From: Octopus sinensis
Lineage: Eukaryota
Length of the DNA: 64,000 nucleotides
NCBI RefSeq assembly: GCF_006345805.1
Contig: NC_043000.1
Location: forward strand, 151,714,001 to 151,778,000
Reading direction: 5' to 3'
The notes beneath the pieces are model-generated. The model did no database searches, was not told where the DNA came from, and was given only the letters and a program-made list of their open reading frames with translations. Shown piece after piece: positions 1 through 10,366 of this stretch. Each line of letters opens with the position of its first letter. Position 1 is the first letter of the stretch. The translations under genes and the position numbers were made by a program.

Positions 1-105
1 GTTAAAGACTTTTTCATTTCCCGAGCGTTATACTAATACATCTGTTTGTTGTCTACACCACCTGTCTTCGTCCCTTTTTTTTTTGTGAATCCCCTCCATA
101 TCTAT
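1..105 (+). repeat. 3' part of the second hammerhead-bearing repeat family, cut by the window edge
   Basis: gttaaagactttttcatttcccgagcgttatactaatacatctgtttg... matches 44593-44690, which directly follows the GAAAC core. Confidence 0.7.
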
Positions 106-534
106 ATACAAATGTAAGATCCAGGGATCGAGGTGTAGTAAGAAAGTTAGCTTTGAGTATTCAGTAGTAAATATAAAAAAAGGGCAACTTTCGGTAATAA
201 TAGCGGTGTATTGAGACGGGAAGTTGCGGATATTTTTTTCTTCTTATATAGAAGAATGATGAGCTGGAAAAAGTTCTTATTATATTTCTCGGTAGGCAAC
301 CAGTGCTGCCGAGTGTGCGAAAAAGAACACAAGAGTTACGGAATGGAGTATGGGAAATCCGGGCTACATATGTTTCATAGCGACTGGAACCTCAGAAGTG
401 GTAAAATTCAAGTGAGGTGTATAACGCCGGCTTCTCTTCGGGTCAAAGATATCTTGGTTAGATTAAAGGCTACGTTGTCGCAAGGAGGTACATGTTGACG
501 CAAAGGTTCAATCAGAATGTGTGGAGGACACAGT

Positions 535-810
535 ATGTGAAGGGTACGTAAAAATGAAAATAACACTGATATCTCATTTTAACATATATTTACCAAAATT
601 ACATAAAAATATCTTGAAATACTAAAGAGTAAATTTATTCAATAAAATCGCCATTGGCTTCAAACACGACCTCCAAACGACTTCGAAATCTCCTGCAACT
701 CTTCTGGACGGTCTCCTCATAGTAATATGCAGCCAATCTCCGAGAAGAAATCCCATTTCTATGCATAAACAATAATATGAAGAATAGTACATCTCAAAAC
801 TGTCCACGAT
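535..810 (-). mobile_element. 3' end fragment of a Tc1/mariner (maT/DD37D-like) element
   Basis: Minus frame reads EETVQKSCRRFRSRLEVVFEANGDFIE*, a typical transposase C-terminus. The same 3' noncoding segment recurs at ~55068-55188 (+). Confidence 0.5.
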
Positions 811-1759
811 TCACTAGTCGAACGGTATCGTAGGTTTTCGTAGTTTCCTGATAAGATTGAACTTAGTTGTCTCCAAAAGAGTGAGTGTCGTGGAGTTCAG
901 TGACATCCAACAAACACTGAAATTTTACCCAAAATCCAGGGTTTTTATAACTGCTCAAATTGACTAAAAAGAATCGAAATCCATGACAAATATTCTTTAC
1001 GAAACTTTTAGAATCTTTATATGAGCAGTTATATTAACCAATGGAAAAAAACGAAAATGATAATTCTTCGGCAATACGACATTACGTCATATTGCCAATT
1101 CGCGCCACATTACAAAATGGCTAAAATGGTTATTGCTACATAGTCACTGAAAATGCAGATGTTCGCCAGAACACTCTTATTTGAGTGGTAGATCCAATAT
1201 CATATAACATGCAGAGAATTTTGAGCTGGCTCGACTAGTATGGCCATTAAAAATGAACAGGAAAAAATACAATTGGAGTGGCGAAGAGATTATGTTTTCA
1301 GATCGGCTGCAAAATTTCGATGTCAAATTTCTGTTTTCGACATCTGTAAACGAAGTGATATGGGAGACCAAGACTTCACACTACCACACAGCCAGTCCTT
1401 GTCACAAAATGTTCGCATTCTTGGTGGTTGAAACGTAATGGATGTACGGTTTTCTTATTTTGATAGAATTGGTTGAAATATGTTGTTATATGTTAAGAAA
1501 AACGTTTTTGTAATAGCAAAAAAAAAAAAAATGCCAGTTTGACGAATCGACGGAAATTATGCGATCAATATTCAATTCAGTGAAATGAAACAGTCAAAAT
1601 ATTTTATTTTTTCCAATATTTTACCTTGTGGCCATATGATAAAACTGAACACATCTCTAATTTTAGAAGAAATTGTTATTTGATTTTCGTCTTGCTCAAA
1701 CTGTTCTAATTCTACCGCCGTACGTGACAAAATTTCTTATTTTAGTAAATTACGTACAA

Positions 1760-1796
<37 letters not shown>

Positions 1797-1800
1797 CATA

Positions 1801-3661
1801 CACAGTAATGGCCAAAATTAGAGTACGAAAATACAAAATAAAGATATTTACATTTCTACTTCATTTTTCCGAGTGGGATTTCCACTGTATACACTTTAAA
1901 GTATATACATTCTTTACAGTAGGAAGTGATTAATAACCAAATAATTTATAATAGAAAAAATGTTTATTTGAAAAATACAAAATGGGCAGAATTAGAGAAC
2001 ATATGACATAAAATTTAAATCAAAATTTTGCCAGAAAATTTCACAACCCACATCAATATATTATTTGTAACTATCACTATGACCCGGCAACACCGATAGT
2101 GCATGCATATACAGCTGGGTGCGTGTGCACATACACGTGAGTACTGTCCAAATCTCCAACCAATCACATACAGCTAGCTGGCATTCAACTGGCGTATCAA
2201 GTTTCGGGCATTTTGATTGGGTTTTGGATAGAAAATTCACAAAAAAAGTCACTTCTATTGATTTTTTTAATGGCTTTTGCGGAGTGACTGGGGGAAATGT
2301 AAAGATGTGCACGACCACCCTTGGACGGTTTTGAATGACCATAGAAAGTGCGAGCCCTCTAACTGAAAAATTGTGGATTTGTATAAAGGACACACACACA
2401 CACAGAGACATTTTGCCGTTTATATATATAGAGATGACTTCAGCACATCTCCGTCGACGACATTTGACTAATTTCTCACATTGTTTTGACGTAATTTCAT
2501 TCCATTCTTCCTGAAGTTTTTCCCACAAAATCTAACATTGGGAAGTCGATGCTCACCAAGTATCTTTCATAAATTTTCAATGGGATTAAGGTCAGGGGTC
2601 TAAGCTAACCAATACATCACAGTAATGTTTTTAGCTTTAGACACCTCTCTAACTATTTTAGCACTGTGACATGGCGCATTATCCTGCATAAAGATTGGCT
2701 GACGAGTTAGAGATGGCACAAAATGCTGCAGAACGATGTTTTTGTATATGGCTGCATTGACATAACCATGGATCTGGATCAAAGGCCCAAAACCAGCTGT
2801 AGAAATCATTCCCCAGACAATTAAACACCTAGCTTCCAAACTTCACTCAATTTTTCAAGCACTTTATGACGTCTCACGATATTGTCTACCATCGGAGTCA
2901 ACCAAACTGAACTTGCTTTTGTCATTGAAGAACATGCAACCAGTTGTCGTCCGTCCAAAGTATGTGCTCATTGGCAAAAACTAACCTCACTTTTCTGTTC
3001 TTCATACTGATGAGAGGTTTAATGGCGGGGGAATAGGCATGAAGTCCAGCTTCCTTCAAACGACAAGTCACAGTCTTTCGATACACATTAATTCCACAAA
3101 TCACAATTTACTAGGAGAGAAATTTCTGCAGCTGTATCGAAACGGTCTCTTAACGACAGCCTCTGATTCACACGGTCTTGCCAAACACTTTTTTTCTGAC
3201 ACAAACGAACTAGTTTCTTCATAAAGCCTGAGTATTCTTGAAGCAACACTCTTTGATCAGTTAATGCCTCTGGTAATAGCAGAAATTGCCATTCTTCTTT
3301 TTACAGTGAAACCACTCGCTTCCTAAAGCTTTCAGCAACTTCACGTTGGCTTCCCATGGTTGTCAATTCACAACTGTTCAATATTAATCTTCTCACTGTT
3401 AGGTCAACCTGGTTTACATCGGTTGGAGTGTTGCCAGATTTTAATTTTTGAATTTTACTCCATACGTTCTTTAATTCTGTCAATTTTGTATTTTTCAAAT
3501 TAACAGTTTCTCTATTATAAATCAATTCCTATGAAATTTATTGTAAAAAATGAACATGTTTTAAAGTATATACAGTAAAAATCCCATTCGGAAAAATGTA
3601 AGTAGATATGTAAATATCTTTAAATTTTACTTTTCTGTTCTCTAATTTTGGTCACTACGTG
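1801..3661 (-). mobile_element. Decayed Tc1-like (DD34E) transposon with long imperfect TIRs
   Basis: TIRs cacagtaatggccaaaattagag... / ...ctctaattttggtcactacgtg, abutting (TA/CA)n. Transposase fragments KTVTCRLKEAGLHAYSPAIKPLIS, VWGMIS, FMQDNAPCHSAK, RRRRCAEVI. Confidence 0.85.
2071..2434 (-). mobile_element. Non-autonomous Helitron-like element inserted in the Tc1 transposase
   Basis: 5' TCTCTATATATATAAA, (TG)n tract, 3' hairpin and ATAG end; A|T insertion site; no TSD. Confidence 0.65.
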
Positions 3662-3707
3662 TGTGTGTGTGTATATATATACTATATATAATATATATAT
3701 ATATATA

Positions 3708-3747
<40 letters not shown>

Positions 3748-3839
3748 AGTCAATTCAAACAAGAAAGCACAAAAAAAAAACACAACAACGCGAGGACGTG
3801 GAACAAATATAGTATTAGGTCAATCAGGAAAGAAGGAGG

Positions 3840-3874
3840 GTTTAACGTTTCGAGCGGAGCTCTTCGTCGGAAAC
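3840..3874 (-). ncRNA. Hammerhead-like motif, same repeat family (~3745-3932), U4C core variant
   Basis: Minus strand GTTT CCGACGA A GAGC-TCC-GCTC GAAAC GTT AAAC. Confidence 0.55.
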
Positions 3875-4036
3875 ATAGAAGGAAAGATCCAGAGAAGGGA
3901 AGACAGAGGGAAAAAAATCGCCAACGGTACACAATATAACCTCGTCTGATTAGAAGATCTGTGCCGCTTCTTCTTTTCCAGGACTTCATGAAATTGAGTG
4001 ATTTATGTTATCAAAAGTGGAGTTTTCCAGTCTGAC

Positions 4037-4320
4037 AACCATGGCAAGCTAACGTGAAGTTGAGCTTTTCAGGAAGCGAGTGATCACATTAAACAAAAAG
4101 AAAAAAGAAGGCTGGCAATTTTTGCTCTTGCCAGGGACATTAACTGATCAAAGAGTATTGCTTCAAGAATACTGAAGCTTTATCATGAAACAAGTTCGTT
4201 TGTGTCAGAAAAATGAGGGAAACCACGGAAAACAAGTGTTTGGCAAGACCGTGTGATGCAGAGGCTGTCGTTAAGAGACCGTTTCGATACAGCTGCAGGA
4301 ATTTCTCTCCTGGTAAATTG
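4037..4320 (+). mobile_element. Second Tc1 transposase 5' fragment, inverted relative to ~3098-3365
   Basis: acaaccatggcaagctaacgtgaagttg...ctcctggtaaattg matches the reverse complement of 3098-3365. Confidence 0.75.
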
Positions 4321-4691
4321 CTGGCTAGACGTTATAAAAATGATGTCCTCGTTATCTAAGTTAGATCTACAAATATTTTCAGGTTAATACTGTCACTTTG
4401 ATAGGGCTCTGGAAATCACTTAGATAAAAGCTTCGGCCGAAGTTGGTCCAGGCTATGTCTAACTTAATAGCACTACCTGGAATATATATATATCCGACAT
4501 GTACAGTATTATACATCCATCACGGCTGACATTACCAATCGGTTTCGCGCAAGGAATACAATGGAGTGTTAGGTAAACAGTCTGATTATATAACCATACG
4601 CTCATCAGAGTTTGCCAATATGGAAGGGAATATGGCGACTATCTTATAATCGGATCGTTACCTAACTTTTCCTTGACTTATGGACTCTCGC

Positions 4692-4740
<49 letters not shown>

Positions 4741-4741
4741 C

Positions 4742-5133
4742 TTTTACTTGTTTCAGTCATTTGACTGCGGCCATGCTGGAGCACCACCTTTAATCGAGCA
4801 ACTCGACCCCGGGACTTATTCTTTTGTAAGCCCAGTACTTATTTTATCGGTCTCTTTTGCCGAACCGCTAAGTAATGGGGACATAAACACACCAGCATCG
4901 GTTGTCAAGCAATGCTAGGGGGACAAATACAGACACACAAACACACACACATATATATTTACATATATACGACGGGCTTCTTTCAGTTTCTGTCTACCAA
5001 ATCCACTCACAAGGCTTTGGTCGGCCCGAGGCTATAGTAGGAGACACTCACCCAAGGTGCCACGCAGTGGGACTAAACCCGGAACCATGTGGCTGGTTAG
5101 CAAGCTACTTACCACACAACCACTCCTACGCCT
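4742..5133 (-). mobile_element. SINE family 1 (tRNA-like head, internal TA/TG microsatellite, (AAAGAGT)n tail)
   Basis: Reverse complement of the consensus seen at 7261, 23862, 44807 and 60278. Confidence 0.85.
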
Positions 5134-5287
5134 ATATATATATATAAGATTAATCAGCCGAAATTGCTAAGATGATCTGGTTCTTGACTGATGACTGAGG
5201 GCTTCGAATGTCCCGTCCTGTGGTTCTTGTGTCGTCTCTGTGGTGTTTCATGTTCTTGTTCATGTCTGTAATTATTTTTACTGTTTA

Positions 5288-5324
<37 letters not shown>

Positions 5325-5978
5325 TCCCACACCAACATTAATATTTTTGGTGGGGATCGCGGGCCAAACAAGTAGTTTGGTGTTCATATTGAACTCATTT
5401 CATAATTATAGTATCTTTTATCTCTTTCAGTCACTGAACTGCGGTCATGCTGGGTCATCGCCTTGAATGGTTTAGTCGATTTTTTTTTTCAAGTTTGATG
5501 CTTATTATATCGGCTTCGTTTGCCAAACCGCTGAGTTAGAAGGGGGGCGTAAACACACCAACACTGGTTTTCTAGATATGGAGGGGGGGGGGGTCGAACA
5601 AGACACAAACAGGATTTTTCTCACTTTCCGTCTACCAAATCCACTGGCCAAGCTTTAGTTGGTCTAGGGCTATAACTTCATAATATAATATGCCACGCCT
5701 CTGCCTAAGTAATGAATCATTTTATATAGATAAACAAATGAAATGAATTGTTGTTGTGGCTCCTAAAACGGGTCCAATCAATTTACTTCTATTCTGCAAT
5801 ATTAATTACGGTCCTAGTAAATACAGCGCAGCAAGCATACTGCGCAAGTTTTCATATTTTCCGGGGCAGTTTCCTATTTTAGTAACGTGTCAAAGAGAAT
5901 AAGTTAAAATGTAAAACTTGAAAAGAAACAAATAAATTATTTTTAATTTCTGTTCGATCACTACTGTTTACTTGGTAA

Positions 5979-6366
5979 GTGGAAGCGCAATGGCCCAGTG
6001 GTTAGGGCAGCGGACTCGCGGTCATAGGATCGCGGTTTCGATTCCCAGACCGGGCGTTGTGAGTGTTTATTGAGCGAAAACACCTAAAGTTCCACGAGGC
6101 TCCGGCAGGGGATGGTGGTGATCCCTGCTGTACTCTTTCACCACAACTTTCTCTCACTCTTACTTCCTGTTTCTGTTGTACCTGTATTTCAAAGGGCCGG
6201 CCTTGTCACTCTCTGTGTCACGCTGAATATCCCCGAGAACTACGTTAAGGGTACACGTGTCTGTGGAGTGCTCAGCCACTTACACGTTAATTTCACGAGC
6301 AGGCTGTTCCGTTGATCGGATCAACCGGAACCCTCGTCGTCGTAACCGACGGAGTGCTTCCATCCA
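5979..6366 (+). mobile_element. tRNA(Arg)-like SINE (OR-type), full length with 11-bp TSD
   Basis: A box TGGCCCAGTGG, B box GGTTTCGATTCC, TSD TTACTTGGTAA on both sides; near-identical to 49669-50059 and 50226-50615. Confidence 0.9.
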
Positions 6367-6559
6367 TTACTTGGTAAATTATTGACGAGAACATACACCT
6401 AATGAACTTATTTTCGTGTTTCATAAACCCGCTATAGGAAACGACATAAAGAAAGACATTCTAGCCGTGATCAACTAGTCAATATATCGTTATCATTTTC
6501 TATTAAAGTTGCTTACTGAAACAAGTAAAATCTCAAGGCATCATGTTACTGTAAGAGGG

Positions 6560-6952
6560 GGATCTTTTCGGTTTGAACGGCAGTTTTTAACATAATTTCT
6601 AGGTAACTAAAAAATTTTAAACTTCGTATACTGGTAGAATGTGTTTATAAAACATCTTTTTCTCTTGGCTTTATTGAGAAAATTCTATCGTTTGTAAGAT
6701 ATTTGTTGTTGTTTTTTCTTCAATTTCTGCAATTTCAACCAATCAATTACGTCTATTGAGGTAAAAAGCATTATGTGCCGTATGAATATATCCCTCGTTT
6801 AAGAAACAGATTGGGTTTATTTACATTTGTGAAGAAAAAAAGATACCCTAAAACAGATTGAAATGCAATAGATCGATACTAGGGTCATAATTATGGGTGA
6901 ATATTTCATATGACACCGCTAGAAAAAACTGCCGTTCAAACCGAAAAGATCC
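6560..6952 (+). mobile_element. MITE with TIR GGATCTTTTCGGTTTGAACGGCAG
   Basis: ~29-bp TIRs; same family as 61046-61477 and the palindromic dimer at 51098-51920. No TSD is visible here. Confidence 0.85.
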
Positions 6953-7260
6953 AAAAAACAAACCTTTCTTCTATATAAGCAAATAAAGAGATAAGCGTAC
7001 TGATACCTGTGAGATAGATACAGTGTTACATTGCCCGGGGAGGAGGGGAATAAGTGCACAGATATTTGAGTCAGTGAGGAATGCGCACGGTATGGTGGGA
7101 TTTTATTTCGTATTTTTGTTCACAAATTCTATAGAAAAAATTGATTTTCTCCTTTCTTTTTTTTCGTTGATATATTTGTTGTTTTATGAATGTTGATACT
7201 TCACAATATTCATAAAAATAAGATATACCAAACGAGACTAAACTGAATATGTTCTACACA

Positions 7261-7461
7261 TAGGCGCAGGAGTGGTTGTGTGGTTAGTAGCTTGCTAACC
7301 AACCACATGGTTCCGGGTTCAGTCCCACTGCGTGGCATCTTGGGCAAGTGTCTTCGGTACCAGTCTACGATACTAGTACCAGTGTCTTCTGCTATAGCCC
7401 CGGGCCGACCAATGCCTTGTGAGTGGATTTGGTAGACGGAAACTGAAAGAAGCCTGTCGTA

Positions 7462-7506
<45 letters not shown>

Positions 7507-7712
7507 TTGTCCCCCTAGCATTGCTTGACAACCGATGCTGGTGTGTTTACTTCAGCGTCACTTAGCGGTTCGGCAAGAGAGACCGATAGAATAAGTACTG
7601 GGCTTACAAAGAATAAGTCATGGGGTCGATTTGCTCGATCGACTGAAGGCGGTGCTCCAGCAAGGCCGCGCAGTCAAATGACTGAAACAAGTAAAAAAGT
7701 AAAAGAGAGAGT
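7261..7712 (+). mobile_element. SINE family 1 carrying a 25-bp TIR insertion
   Basis: Consensus match; extra 7356-7380 flanked by duplicated AGTGTCTTC. Confidence 0.85.
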
Positions 7713-8145
7713 AAATTAAATGGTACGCTTGCTGTACCTTTCACCAAAACAAATCCAGCGCCCGAGAAAAAAAAAAAAGAAAAACACTATGTAGTCTACT
7801 GTCGTGCTAGAAATAGAGCCAAATCTCTTTCAAGACACAAATATCATATTAATAAAAGAACACACTATATAATATTGTCCTAGATACGTTATCCCAGGAA
7901 AATACCCTGTGTTGCATTTGTTTTTTCCGATGAGCTATTGATAAAATTACAAGATTCGTCCACGGAAAAAGCGTCAATGTTCATAAAATTTCTAGTTATA
8001 CAGCGAGAAATTTAATTTCATTCAGAAGTAAATGAAACATTTGCTGCCTCTTATTTCTATGACCACGCTTCTAGTTCTAATACTGAATTATAGAGAAACT
8101 AGCTTTTTGATTGTATAGAGCAGTCGTGGACAACCTGAGCCCACG

Positions 8146-8512
8146 GTATTTTCCGTCGCTACGTTCTGAGTTCAAATTCCGCCGAGGTCGACTTTGCCTT
8201 TCATCCTTTCGGGGTCGATTAAATAAGTACCAGTTACGTACTGAGTCGATATAATCGACTTAATAACTATGTCTGTCCTTGTTTGTCCCCTCTGTGTTTA
8301 GCCCCTTGTGGGTAGTAAAGAAACAGGTATTTCGTCTGTCGTTACGTTCTGAGTTCAAATTCCGCCGAGGTCGACTTTGCCTTTCATCCTTTCGGGGTCG
8401 ATTAAATAAGTACCAGTTACGCACTGGTGTCGATGTAATCGACTTAATAACTATGTCTGTCCTTGTTTCCCCCCTCTGTGTTTAGCCCCTTGTGGGTAAT
8501 AAAGAAATAGGA
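8146..8512 (+). mobile_element. Tandem dimer of 5'-truncated SINE family 3; inverted partial copy at ~8737-8852
   Basis: Two ~182-bp units containing gttcaaattccgccgaggtcgactttgcctttcatcctttcggggtcga and the tail ccccttgtgggta(a/g)taaagaaa. Confidence 0.85.
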
Positions 8513-10366
8513 ATTTTCTGAATGGTATACCTAAAGAAAAATTACCTTGAATTTCTTTTTGGTAATGCGGCCCGCCTACGGAGGAGCCATTCTCATGCGG
8601 CCCACACCCCGGAAGAGGTGGCTCATCGGAAAACACACTACTTACTTTTAAACAAATGCAACACAAAGTATTTTCCTGAGATAATGTATCTAGGACAATA
8701 TTATATAGTGTGTTCTTTTGTTAATTATTTTTACTACCCACAAGGGGCTAAACACAGAGGGGACAAACAAGGACAGATATCGACCCAGTGCGTAACTGGT
8801 ACTTAATTTATCGACCCCGAAAGGATGAAAGGCAAAGTCGACCTCGGCGGAATTAATACGATATTTATGCGTCCTGATAGAGATTTGGCTCTATTTCTAG
8901 CACGTCAGTAGACTACATAGGGTTTTTTTTTCATTTTTTGTCGGGCACTGGGTTTGTTTTGGTGAAAAGTGAAACTTAACATGTGCCAAACAGGACAAGT
9001 GCCTTCTCGCTTCGCTCATGCAAGATTTTGTTAAGAGCACTTTAGCTACTCAATAGTTGAACAATATCATATGACTACTACTCAGTTTGTTATTCTACCT
9101 CATAAAAATTCTACATTTTCTACTGAATAATTTGTCTAGTGTTACCAAAAAACAAAATTCTAAAAATAGTCGCGTTAATTTTGATATGGTGTTCGCGGAT
9201 CGCATGTAAAAACTAACCGTAGTACAATGTGGAAAAATAAATTCTTCCGCGGTCGTCAAAGATACCACCAAATATCGCTCAAAAAAATACATTTACTGTA
9301 ATTAGAAAAAACGCATGGACATACAGTAAGGTAGTATTAGATAAACAGTGCTTGCAAAATTGCAGAATAGTCAGTGCTGGAATGCCCTTGATTATAGGTC
9401 TGTTCACACAGGGCTGGCCTGAGGCTAAAAAAAAACTACCTGAATTGACAACCAGGCTTATATGTTGGTTTACATTTAAAACCAAGTGTGACTCCGTTAT
9501 TTAGATACATTTTTATTGGTCCCAGCCAGTGGTATGTCAGAATTTTAACATAACAAAGCATTAGGTATGTTGCATACAGAATGCGATTGTTATTAACAAC
9601 AACGGGGCAATTGTTATTCTACAACAATAGACAAGCAATCACAGTAGCAAGTTTTTCAGATAGGTAGTACTTTAATGATACTTAAAATGTAAAAGAAACG
9701 TTCGTAGTGGGAAAATAAATTAACACAAGTCCCCTTCTAGTGTTCTGGATTTAAATCTGCCGGCGTTATAACTTTATTTTCCTCCGGAGTCAATAAATTG
9801 AATTCTAGTTCGGTTCGATTGTCAATGCTCTTGCCCCAAAAATTGTTACCATCATTATTGTTATTGTTGTTACATAAACTAAACAACTGATTAAGCGTCA
9901 GAAAAAAAAAGGATAATAAAGAGAAATATATTTTTTTCTATATTCTAAAGAAATATCATTAAATAGAGACCAACGAAATAAATACAATAAAATATAAATG
10001 GGTTATACTGAATCAAAAATAGTGTCAATTACATGGTCACATTCACACCTGTTTAACTAAATACAATTAATATCAGTGAAAAAAAATATAGATTTCAATT
10101 TGTAAAGTAGTAAGAAGGAAAAAAAAGTAATTTCTTTCGTGTACTTACATTAAAATATAGTTTCTGGCGATACTCCACAACCTTCAAGGTATTTTTTCAC
10201 CCCAAGATCGAATTAACAACCTGAACACACAGAATATAAATTGAAGATGAAATGCAATTAAGCAAAAGGGGGAGATAATCCATCACTACTTCCTGTTTCC
10301 AATATCCGGTAGCCATAAGCACATGGTGAATATTGTGGACAACGGTGCAACGTGTCTGGTCTTAGG

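Noticed and set aside
5188-5213. CTGATGA...CTTCGAATGTC in a short repeat between (TA)n tracts, as a third hammerhead family
   Set aside because: It has GAAT instead of GAAA and no convincing stem I or stem II; at most a degenerate remnant.
5983-6060. tRNA gene
   Set aside because: The tRNA-like head continues into a ~390-bp repeated body with TSDs, so it is a SINE.
6063-6315. Recurrent short ORFs (MFIERKHLK..., MVVIPAVLF..., MSSNARGTNTD..., MLGGQT...)
   Set aside because: They recur only because they lie in multicopy SINEs; there is no coding signature.
10352-10366. ORF-track N-terminus MSGLR of NOC2L
   Set aside because: It starts at GTG; a eukaryotic gene more plausibly starts at ATG 10367 or 10373.
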